Below, in pieces: positions 27,358 to 38,357 of a stretch of DNA of 64,000 nucleotides (position 1 is the stretch's first letter; each line of letters opens with the position of its first letter). Where the stretch lies: assembly GCA_964016885.1 (NCBI GenBank), contig OZ024740.1, positions 71,238,001-71,302,000 of the forward strand, given 5' to 3'. The notes beneath the pieces are model-generated. The model worked only from the letters and a program-made list of their open reading frames with translations. It searched no databases and had not been told where the DNA came from. The position numbers were made by a program, and so were the translations under genes. The DNA comes from Eledone cirrhosa (taxonomy: Eukaryota).

Positions 27358-27536
27358 TGTTTCTACTTTAGGCACAAGGCCAGCAATTACCCAGTGCATT
27401 ACTGGTACTTTATTTTATCGACCCCGTAAGGATGAAAGGCAAAGTCAACCTCGGCGGGATTTGAACTCAGATCGTAAAGGGACGTAACTATGCTGGAAAG
27501 CATGGCGTCCGACCCTCCACCGATACTGCCAATCCA
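27358..27536 (-). mobile_element. Family-2 SINE inserted at the transposase start codon
   Basis: Flanked by the 11-bp duplication TTAAACATAAT; the right copy overlaps the ATG at 27546. Confidence 0.85.
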
Positions 27537-27545
27537 TTAAACATA

Positions 27546-27875
27546 ATGGCTGGAGAAAAGCGAAAGCGAGTTGTTTTGACTATCGCGGATAAGCTCTCTA
27601 TATGTGATGCATTGAAAAAGAAAACAGCTACGCCAAATGAACTCGCGAAAAGATACAATGTAGGGACGTCTACAATATCGGATATCAAACGGTCGGAAGC
27701 CAAGCTACGCGGATTCGTATCGGAAAAATTGCACATTGGTTTGAAGGGAGTGGAAAAGAAAGCGAAATGCCTGAAAACGTCAGACTACGAGCACTTAGAC
27801 CAGGCCTTGTACATTTGGTTCCGGCAGCTTCGAGAAAAAAACGTTCCTGTTTCCGGAGATATTTTAATGGAAAAG
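27546..27875 (+). CDS. Tigger/CENP-B-like transposase exon 1 (HTH_psq and start of the second HTH)
   Basis: KRKRVVLTIADKLSI...ELAKRYNVGTSTISDIK...LDQALYIWFRQLREKNVPVSGDILMEK, followed by a GT donor at 27876. Confidence 0.8.
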
Positions 27876-28058
27876 GTGTGTACAGTGTAATTTACTCATC
27901 TTGTTTAAACCGGTTTTATATTAATGAGCTGCCTTTCCCTGCACTTGAAAAGTGCATGAGCTGCCTGTCCAATGTTGTCTTTCCCCTGTTTTGTTTAAAT
28001 CTCTTTAAATATTCATGAGATCTGGAAAATAAACAAGTTTTCATACATTCTTTTATAG

Positions 28059-28498
28059 GCATCGGACTTCTACCAGCAGCTTTATCCTGACGCGGAAAAA
28101 GACTTTCTTGCAAGCACGGGCTACCAAACAAAGTTTTGCCACCGTTATGGAATACGGAATCTCGCCATCTCGGGTGAGACAGAAATTGCTGGTGAGAGTT
28201 CGGCGGAAGATTTTATCGAATGGTTTGAGAATGACGGGTTAGGGTATGAACATTTCGATGACGTCAGAATTGTTGAACACGTAAGTCGAAAGGGGGATGA
28301 CGAAGAAGAAGAGGAAGTTTTAGTCGAAAAAGTTGACAAGAAACGTCCTGTGACGCATGCAGAAGCATATCATCATATAGACCAATTTTTAACATATTTG
28401 AGGTATGAGGGACTGGCAGATCCGGTTAGCACTGCGACATGTTTACGTTGGCGGGAAATGGTAGCGGAACGACGAGCTTCGTCGCGAAAACAATCTTC
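28059..28498 (+). CDS. Tigger transposase exon 2: rest of the HTH fused in frame to the acidic C-terminal domain; no DDE core; interrupted near its end
   Basis: TTTTATAG acceptor, phase 0; ASDFYQQL..FLASTGYQTKFCHRYGIRNLAISGE..EWFEND..DDEEEEE..VTHAEAY..RKQS; the last codons (IYSFLKKY*) resume after the insertion at about 30549-30576. Confidence 0.7.
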
Positions 28499-28552
28499 CG
28501 GCGATATCCAATTTTAGGGGCCTATTTGCTGCTTACGTGCTGTAGTTGCTGC

Positions 28553-30096
28553 GGCGATATCCAATTTTAGTGGACTAAATGCTGCTTACGTGCTGTAGTT
28601 GCTGCTTACTTCAATGTATGAGGCTATTCCAACAAATTTACATTCCCCTTTTTTTAGCCGTTAAAAGAAATATAGATTTATTTATTGTTTTTTTTTGCGA
28701 TTTATTTGCCATTGGGGCATAGATTTCTTTATTTGCCACGTTTTTGTTTGTCTGTTTGTTTTTTTTGCCGATCTGTGGGGATATGTCGCCGGCCAACAAA
28801 TGGTCCTCTTCTTCCGATACCACTTCGAAAGAAGGATCAAGGTGGAGAGAAAGGCACTCAGTTCCAGCCAATTCCATGAAAGATGGGTGAAAGTAGCAAT
28901 AATGGCCCGTGTAAGTGGGCCATCTCTCTATATCGGCTTGTACAGGTAAGAGAAGAAGGGAGGGCGATATCCAATTTTAGCTGTCTAAATGCCGCTTACT
29001 TGCTGCAGTTGCTGCTTACTTCAATGTATGAGGATATTCCAACAAATTTACATTCCCCCTTTTTTTAGCCGTTAAAAGAAATATAGATTTTTTTTTTTTT
29101 TTTTTTTCGATTTATTTGCCACTGGGGCATAGATTTCTTTATTTGCCCCTTTTTTGTTTGTTTGTTTTTTTGCGATTTATTAGCCTTTTGGGGTCACACA
29201 CACCCCCGTAGAAAGTGTGCGACCTTTCTGCCAGGGAGTACAGAGAGAGGGGGGTGCTCCCTTCTTCTCTTACCTGTACAAGCCGATATAGAGAGATGGG
29301 CCACTTACACGGGCCATTATTGCTACTTTCACCCGAAAAAGGCACTCAGTCCCAGCCAATTCCATGAAAGGGGTAAAAGTAGCAATAATGGCCCGTGTAA
29401 GTGGGCCATCTCTCTATATCGGCTTGTACAGGTAAGAGAAGAAGGGAGCACCCCCCTCTCTGTGTGCTCCCTGGCAGAAAGGTCGCACACTTTCTACGGG
29501 GGTGTGTGTGACCCCAAAAGGCTAATAAATCGCAAAAAAACAAACAAAAAAGGGGCAAATAAAGAAATCTATGCCCCAGTGGCAAATAAATCGGAAAAAA
29601 AAAAAATAATAAATCTATATTTCTTTTAACGGCTAAAAAAAAGGGGCAATGTAAATTTGTTGGAATAGCCTCATACATTGAAGTAAGCAGCAACTGCAGC
29701 AAGTAAGCGGCATTTAGACAGCTAAATTTGGATATCGCCGAAGGGAGCACCCCCCCTCTCTCTGTGTTCCCTGGCAGAAAGGTCGCACACTTTCTATGGG
29801 GGTGTGTGTGACTCCAAAAGGCTGCCTCTCTATTGAGGACTTAATTTTTTATATTCCTTTTTAATCACTCGTTAAATGTTTGTACTTGATTTTTGTAAAA
29901 CTTCCCCCGTGGCAAATAAAGAAATCTATGCCCCAGTGGCAAATAAATCGCAAAAAAAAAACAATAAATAAATCTTTATTTCTTTTAACGGCTAAAAAAA
30001 AGGGAATGTAAATTTGTTGGAATAGCCTCATACATCGAAGTAAACAGCAACTACAGCACGTAAGCAGCATTTAGTCCACTAAAATTGGATATCGCC
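28553..30096. mobile_element. Foldback element B (same family), nested in A
   Basis: Same termini; exact 8-bp TSD GTTGCTGC (28545-28552, 30097-30104). Confidence 0.9.
28963..29739. mobile_element. Foldback element C (same family), nested in B
   Basis: Same termini; exact 8-bp TSD GAAGGGAG (28955-28962, 29740-29747); arms of about 370 bp around a loop of about 40 bp. Confidence 0.9.
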
Positions 30097-31464
30097 GTTG
30101 CTGCTTACCTGCTTCACTGTTTGAGGCTATTCCAACAAATTTACATTCCCTTTTTTTTTAGCCGTTAAAAGAAATATAGATTTATTTATTTGCAACGTTT
30201 TTGTTAGTTTCTTGGTTTTGTTTTTTTTTTTGCGATTTATTTGCCACTGGGGCATAGATTTATTTATATGCCACGATCAAACAAACAAAAACGTGGCAAA
30301 TAAAAAAATCTATGCCCCAGTGGCAAATAAATCGCAAACAAAAAACAAAACCAAGAAACTAACAAAAACGTTGCAAATAAATAAATCTATATTTCTTTTA
30401 ACGGCTAAAAAAAAGGGAATGTAAATTTGTTGGAATAGCCTCAAACAGTGAAGCAACAATAGCAGCAGTAGCAGCAGTTAGCAACAAGCAGTAAGCCACC
30501 AAGTAAGCAGCAAATAGGCCCGTAAAATTGGATATCGCCCAATCTTCTATTTATTCATTTTTAAAAAAGTACTAACTTTTTATGGTTTGACTTAATTCAG
30601 TTTTACCAAGTTTTTAGTTATTCTTATGTTTGTTTAATTAATTTTCTTATAAATTCTAGCTGTTATTTTGATATTCTAATAAACTTTCTTTACTTAGCAT
30701 TTGTCTTTTATTTTGACTAAAAGAAGCCAAAACATTAGAAACCACGAGCATTATGTAACAATGGGATTTTAGAATTCACTCATCCGGATATTTCACTTAA
30801 CCGGATCTTTTTCTAACTGTTTGGTTTTGACCGCCCGGATAAGCGAAAATGCACTGTACCAGTGAAGCACTGGGTCGATTTAATTGAATTTCAGCTCCCC
30901 TCTCTCCAAAATTACTTCTCTCTTGTCTAATGTAGAAATCGTTTGTACGTTGCTATGTTTCTTATTTAGCCCTGATACAATGTGTCTTGTTGGAGAGCCG
31001 ATCCTGATTTTTGCAAAGAAAGAATGGTTTGATAGAGAGAAGAATCGATTCCAGTACCAGACTGATACTTTATCGGCCTCAAAAGGATGAAAAGCAAAGT
31101 TGACCGAGGAAGGATTTGAATTCAGAACACAGCGAACCAGAAAAAATACTGAGACATTTGTAACAATTCTACCAAATCGCCTCCTTACAAAAACAGACTT
31201 CTTGAAATTTTACTTGTGTTTCAATAAATGCTAAAATGAGAAAGAAGACAGGACCCTGATCTCATCAGGGAAGTGGCTTTGCTCAATATGTAAAAAAGGA
31301 CTAGGTAGAAAATATATGATGTATACAATGTAAATCTTGGGTATGCAAGAGGTGTAGTGGGCAAGCATGCAGACTAACAGCAAAGGTAGACTTTGTATGT
31401 GGTAGATAAACATTGATAGTAGTAAGAACATTAGAAAAATATTTTTTTTCCAATCCCAAGTAGG

Positions 31465-31790
31465 ATCCATAGAAGTGGTTGATAGCTTCTGCTACCTAAG
31501 TAATCTAATTAGTAGAGAAGGTTGCACTGAGAGCATAATAGTTACAATAAGAACAGGATGGAAAAGTTTAAGGAGCTACTACTTCTTTTGACAACAAACA
31601 GTTTCTCTCTAAGAACAAAAGGCCAGCTTCATGATATATGCATGTGATATGCAATGTTGCAAGATAGTGAGCCATGGACAGTATATGCAGGGGATATGCC
31701 AAGGCTAGACAGAAATGAAGCAAGCATGCTCTATTGGATGTGTATGAGAAAAGCTGGGCATAAGAGGAATCAGATGTAGTGTGCAGCTAA
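31465..31790 (+). mobile_element. Degraded RTE LINE fragment
   Basis: IEVVDSFCYL, RTGWKKF and RNEASML.W remnants, homologous to 8590-8900. Confidence 0.7.
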
Positions 31791-32762
31791 CACCAGGGAA
31801 GTTGTTGTGTTTGACACAGCTGAAGAGTCTTCTCAAGCCTTTTTGGGGGGCAGGTTTTCAATGGCTGGATGCCCTTCCTATCACCAACCCCTTTACAAAA
31901 TGTACAGGGTGCATTGATCATGTAAATCCCCAACACGGCATTGTTAGGTCTATAACACAGCTGAAGTATCCTCCAAACTATTTCTATGAAATCAGTGTTG
32001 GAAGGTAGAGGTGAAAAAACCCCCAAAACTTATGTTATACCCTTTGTCATACCACTGCTAGAATTTGAAACACCTATGAAACTATTTCTATCAAATTCAT
32101 AGTTGAAGTAAAATAAATTAAAACATACCAATAAGAAAATAGATTATAAACAATTCTGAAACAATATTTCAAAATAAATATACAACATTTTTCAGTGAAT
32201 TCACATAAATATAATATTTCAGTTTAAATAAATCTATTTTATTACCCTCAAATAAAAATATGTTCGATGTTTATATCTTCAAAGGTTTTTATTTCCTTAT
32301 TTATTTTCGCACTTGCAATCATGATTGTTTCTTACAACTGTGATTATTTCTTACAATTGTTAGAATTGTTGGAGTAAATATCAAGTTAGATATTCTTCTT
32401 AACACTAACCATTTATTCAAAGCTTAAGTAAGTATGGCACCAATTTTCTACTTTATTACAATGGTTGTTTATCAGGGAAGAGATCCTGTTGGAGTTGTAG
32501 CAAAATGATCACAACTGTACATATGCAAACCATATAGCTATGACATCATCACTGGAAATAGCTATGATGAAATCGTGAGGCATATTGACTTTAACTCAAC
32601 TCAGTTGCATTCCCTGTTCTCACTGACCTCAACTCACTCAGCTGCGTTCTTTTTATGTCACACTGTTCTGAGACTTGGACTGTGGCAGACTGCCACAGTC
32701 AAGTCATGCACACACAGGTTAGTAAAGCCACATCTCAGTTTTCAACACATTCTGTAACACCT

Positions 32763-34739
32763 TGTAGCAGTGGCCTCCCTTGTTGTGACTCACAACCCCA
32801 ATAGATTAACAACATCTAGACGGGAAGTAGAACCCTTTCTGTAACTTCCGGTCAGAACCCTATAAAACTAACAACTTTAAGTTCTCTCTCTCTCATTTGC
32901 CCTTCCGGCGCCTGGCCTTCGCCAGGCGTCTTGCGTTTGCCTGGCAATCGAAACGGTAACTACTAACTTTGCTTCATTCTATTATCTATTACTTTGACAT
33001 GTCAACTATACTGTTCTATATATATCCATGATTGTTAATTAAATATTATACACACAAACTATGTCTTTTTGTTACATTCATACAACCCAGTATCTTCGCT
33101 ATATTGGTAACCCTGACGTGATACGAACACGCAGCCGTTCATCGCTATAAGTGGTCACCCCAAAAACAGAAAAAAATAGCAGATTCTGGTGTTGTGTGAG
33201 TAACATTACGAATACACAGCAAATTTATCGACAAACTATGAAAATACTCAAAGAAACGCACACACGCACATGTGGAATTCGCACAGACAGACTTTTTCTC
33301 TCACGCATCAACTAACTGTCGCATTTCACGATATATATATATGTTTCTCGTTTCTTACAACGAACACTTTCAAAACAAAAAAAAAAAAAAAGAAATTTGA
33401 TATTTTTTAAAAAACATTTCAACAGGAAAATTTATTTTCGATGAACCCTTGCCTTTTTTTTTTTTCATCGTTTTCTTCATCGTTCAAGTTTTTTTTTCAA
33501 AGTTCACACCAATAATTATGCTAAGTGAAGCCTTTCTTTTTCATCATTGTCACTTTCACACTTGCACTATCATTTTCTCGCGCGTTAGAAATATTATTTT
33601 TTTAAACCTAACTTAACCTTGTATTGGCACGTGTAGGTAGCACAAATTCTCGACTCACAGAGATAGCCACACGCCAGAGATAACGTTTCTCGCCAAAGAT
33701 TCTTCAGCCTTAAGCTATATTCTCCTATTTGCCGGTTTAAAAATTTACCACGTAAATTTGCCGTTGAAAACTGCGCATTTATTCAGAATGCTTATTTCTT
33801 TGGTCGCTGGCCTCTTGACCCTTCCAGGTCAACGCATTCTCAACATCGACCATCAACTTCGGCTGTTATTTCTAGCACTTTGCGCAACTCATTTTTTCTA
33901 AAAAAATTTTGTTTTTACTGTGAATTTAAACACCGAATACGCTCACTCAGCGAGACAACAACATCAACAGCAACACAGCTTCACCAACAACCAAAACCAG
34001 CAGAACAAGCCAGAGAATTTATTTTTGCAGCACTCTTCCTGTAAGAAAATCCATTCGGAGGTTGGAAATTTCACGATATACGACAGAACAGAAACCACCT
34101 GCATTCATTCTCTGGAACACACTTTCTTTCCTCCTGTCATGTGATTGCACACCTGTGAACTATATTTTGTACATTTGAACTTTGAGCTCTTCTCTTACTT
34201 TATTACATTGTATCTTTGGGTGATGGATAGATAGAGGTCCAGTCGTTCTCTGGCCAAGAGCGGTTGGCTACCTTGACATCTATCATTGATTTTTGCAAAC
34301 ATTCTTTTGTCGTAATTTTCATGCCTGTTACAACATTCTCGCCAACTTGCTACATATTTCATTCGATTTTTATATTCTAAAATTCTGGCGGGAGGTTATG
34401 TAGCAGTGGCCTCCCTTGTTGTGACTCACAACCTCAATAGATTAACAACATCTAGACGGGAAGTAGAACCCTTTCTGTAACATCCGGTCAGAACCCTATA
34501 AAACTAACAACTTTAAGTTCTCTCTCTCTCATTTGCCCTTCCGGCGCCTGGCCTTCGCCAGGCGTCTCGCGTTTGCCTGGCAATCAAAACGGTAACTACT
34601 AACTTTGCTTCATTCTATCATCTATTACTTTGACATGTCAACTATACTGTTCAATATATATCCATGATTGTTAATTAAATATTATACACACAAACTATGT
34701 CTTTTTGTTACATTCATACAACCCAGTATCTTCGCTATA
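32763..34739 (+). mobile_element. Non-autonomous LTR retrotransposon (Ty3/Gypsy-type, TRIM-like), copy 1
   Basis: 341-bp LTRs 32763-33103 and 34399-34739 (TGTAG...CTATA, about 6 differences by eye), 4-bp TSD ACCT, tRNA-Trp-type PBS at 33105, PPT GGCGGGAGG before the 3' LTR, no long internal ORF. Confidence 0.92.
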
Positions 34740-35539
34740 ACCTCATAACATCACCACACAGAAATCATAGAAGTCAAACTGCTTGTTATAAATATTTCTT
34801 CTGTTAACACAAATTATCCAAGGATTTGAACATCATTTCAAATTTCAGGATGACAAATAAATAATTCTATTTTTACTTAACAAATATCTTCATTTTTTCA
34901 CAATTGCTCAGTAACAAATTGAGCATGTATGATGAGATTTTGCCAAGGACTTTAAATGTGATCAATAACAACCAAGTCCTCATGGCTACACTCATTTTAT
35001 CATACATTTTCATCACTACTTCAAACCAGCTGCCTGTAATAGCAACTGGTTTTTAGGTATTGTCTGCTAGGGATAAATGTGTCCCCTCTACACAGTATCA
35101 GCTCTTGGTGCAGGTGTTATGGTAAATGAGCATAAGGTTGTCATGATGAAACCATATCACCAAGTAGAGATAGCCTAGTCATCATCATTATCATTTTTAG
35201 ATCCACTTTTCTCTGCTTGCATAGTTTGGACAGGTCTTTTCCGTCACAGTGTCTCCCCACACATTGCAGTCCTTCATCATCCCTGTGACCTCCACTATTT
35301 GGGATCAACTCTCACAACGTCTACTGATGTCATCCTCTATTGCAGCTTCCTTCCACTGGGATTTCTTGGCACTAATTCATCTCCCTTGCACACTACATCT
35401 GATTCCTCTTATACCCAGCTTTTCTCTCAGCTCATCCATGCTTTGTCATCCACGCACATTAATATTACACATCCATTGGAATATACTTGCTTCAATGGAT
35501 GAGAAATATCAATGAGTGTAAATGACATTATATATATCA

Positions 35540-36457
35540 TCATTATCATCTTCGTTTAACGTCCATCTTCCATGCTAGCATGGGTTAGACGGGAGTTGTC
35601 CCACTTGAGGCAAGGTTGGTCGGGTGACTGTGTCTCGCTCATATAGGACTATCTGGCAGGTTTTCTACGGCTGGATGCCCTTCCTAACACCAACCACATT
35701 TACAGTGTGGACTGGGAACTTTTTACCATGTTACCTACATGACCACATTAGCGTGGACTGTGTGTTTTTTTTTGTCGTGACACCTACACGATCTCAATCT
35801 CATTTATTTGGACTGAATATTGTGGTACCAACTTTACAGAGAGAGGGTGGTGTTGGTGGGAGTGGGAGGATAAAGTAGGGTAGTGAATTGGGGTGTATAT
35901 TTGGTTAAGAGGTGCCTACTGACTAGGTTTTGCTTTGTACATAGGCAAGGCAGGTCTTCTGTATTACTGTGTAGCGCCAAAGATCTCGGTCCAGTGACAC
36001 ATTGTCTTCGAGAGGTGCAAGTGTGTAAGGTCGGAATTTATCAAATCGTCCCAGGTTTTTCTGGGTCTACTTACTCCGTAACTTCCATCAATTTTGATCG
36101 CCCTGCACTTTTTTGTACAGCTGTTGTCCTTCATACGCATCACATGTCCATACCAACACAATCTCCTCTCCTGCACACAACATATGATACCTCTTATGCT
36201 TAGTCTCCCTCTCAATTCATTTATGCTTTGCCGTTCACGTATATTACTATTACACATCCAACGGAGCATGCATACTTCGTTCCTTTCCAGTCTGCACAGG
36301 TCCTTTGCACGCAATGCCCATGTCTCACTGCCATGTAGCATTGCTGTTCGTATACAGGCATCATACAATCTGCCTTTCATTTTTAGAGAGAAACCTTTTG
36401 TGGCCAACAGCGGTATAAGCTCTCTGAATATTTTCCATCCCGTTCTGACTCTGGCTA
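35540..36457 (-). mobile_element. 5'-truncated RTE LINE
   Basis: ORF 35964-36407 closely similar to 4782-5207; same 3'UTR and (CAT)n tail. Confidence 0.9.
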
Positions 36458-37125
36458 CATATATATATTTGTGTGTATATGTGTGAACGACTATCTTTAT
36501 TTATATAAAAGGGAGGATGTGTGTGTGTCTGTGTACAACTTTGCATACTTAAGGCTTTTACAATTACCAACTGAATTTAATCAAATTTTCTGTGCAGGTT
36601 GCACAGGTCGCTAAGATTGTCACGTCACAAACATTTTTCAAATCGACTCACGTTGAGCAATAAAAAATCGCTATCAAAATTATCGGTAGAAAAATTGATG
36701 TAAGGGAGATAACAAACTTTATTGACAATCCTTATAAAAAAGGGAGATAACCAACTTTTCAGAAATATAAACATCACATTCATTTGAAGATAAATCACTA
36801 ATATTATCGTTTGTTTCTTGTTTATTCTTTGATGCACTTTCAAAGTTAAAAAAAGACTTGTTGTTTTAACTTGTTTCACTATATTACGTGTTAATTTTCG
36901 CGTTAAAGGCCTAATCTCGCAGCAGTCTCGAATTGACGAGATTTTGATGATGGTTTGTTTATTTTTAGAACAATCGTTATGGGACTTTCCATTCAAACCA
37001 TTGGGACCTACAACTTTTACATTTTTAAAACTTTCATAATGATACAAAAAATTTTTTTTTGCACTTTCAAAGTTAACTGTAACGCTTCAATTCATGCATT
37101 TTGACTTTACAACTTTTCACCAAAT

Positions 37126-38005
37126 ATGCCCCGTAAAAGAAAGTATGCACATATTGGTTATTGGTCGAAGAAAACAATGCGTGTAAATGACGCTCCGCCG
37201 ATAACCGAAAATAGACAATCACTAAATGCGGTGAGTACAGTTATTGCAACATCTTTGTCCGCCGCTGAGCGTCGGTTAGTGCGGTGAACCAATAATGCTA
37301 AAGCAACTGCTGCAGCACAAGCTGCAGAGACTACAGAGCAACGTGAAACATGCCTTGCTATGGATGCTACAAATACTGCTGCAGCAAGATCTGCAGAGAC
37401 AGTACAAAAATATGAAAGACGCCGTGCGCGTAATGCTTCAGCTAATGTTGCAGCAAGAGCAACTGAGATTAAGCAAGAACGTCAAAGTCGGCATTTGAGA
37501 AATGCTTCAGCTACTGCTGCGGTACGAGCTTTAGAGACTGTAACAAGTCGAGCTATTCGGCTGGAGGGTAATGCTCAACATAGAGCTTTATCGCGGGGTA
37601 TTTCAAAGGCACCACGCTCACAAGGCAGTTAATTATGACCCTAATGTAAACTATCAAATCCATCCTGATAGTCAAATATATGCCATGTCAAATACTTTCC
37701 AACATTGTAAAGCTAAAAAGTGTGTGTATGTGGGGGGGGGGGGGGATCAGCTGGAATGTGCTGCTCCAACGGTAAGGTTAATTTTCCCACCCTTAGGGAA
37801 CCACCGCAACCTCTCCAGATGCTTCTAACAGGTAAGCATTCACAATCACATGATTTTCTGAAGCATATCCGGCAGTACAACATTGCGTTTCAAATGACCT
37901 CTTTCGGTGCAAAACGTCTGCTCACGAGTTGGCAGTCGAGATAATCTCTTTGCGTTTGTTCCGAAAAGAAAAACAAAGAATATCGTCTATCCTGAAGTGC
38001 TTTAG
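37126..38005 (+). pseudogene. RepHel remnant: N-terminus and zinc-finger region joined to the helicase C-terminal tail
   Basis: MPRKRK start; HCKAKK...GMCCSNGKVNFPTLREPPQPLQMLL...FLKHIRQYNIAFQMTSFGA; then, in another frame, CSRVGSRDNLFAFVPKRKTKNIVYPEVL*. Confidence 0.85.
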
Positions 38006-38357
38006 TGTTAACAAAAAAACTTATTACAGCTCTGCCTTAACTTCACCTTACTCATTACAAAACATGCCAATGAATATGTCATGCAGGATATTTTGGATTA
38101 TAAGTTAAAAATTTAACCATACACAGCAAAGGATGCTCTCAAAGAATAGATTTTCTCTTATTCTACTCTCATTGTTTTTTTGTTTGTATACAACTCTGCT
38201 TTCATTACATTTTGTACTTTAGTAAAACTGCCTGTTTTTTTACAGATTTGCAACGTGTATTGTCTTTAATCATTTGTATAACTACATCCTGTTCAATGTT
38301 TTCCTTCATTATCAGCATAGTTTTATGTGTACAAAGATTGCACTAAATATTCGTTTG

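Larger units (their letters stand above)
28500..30539. mobile_element. Foldback element A (Merlin-like MITE), outer
   Basis: Termini GGCGATATCCAATTTTA / TAAAATTGGATATCGCC; CAATCTTC duplicated (28491-28498, 30540-30547; one extra C on the left). Confidence 0.85.
27100..30856 (+). mobile_element. Tigger/pogo DNA transposon (deletion derivative) inserted in a family-2 SINE
   Basis: TIR CAGTGCATCTTCGCTTATCCGG / CCGGATAAGCGAAAATGCACTG with TA TSD; the SINE reads on across the site (GATAAAATAAAGTA|CCAGT). Confidence 0.92.

Noticed and set aside
28638-30424. Short ORFs on both strands inside the foldback nest
   Set aside because: They are mirror-image translations of non-coding inverted repeats with no transposase motifs.
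33620-34145. gag/pol coding capacity inside the LTR elements
   Set aside because: Only short frames that differ between the two copies; the resemblance to a decayed zinc knuckle is too weak to call.
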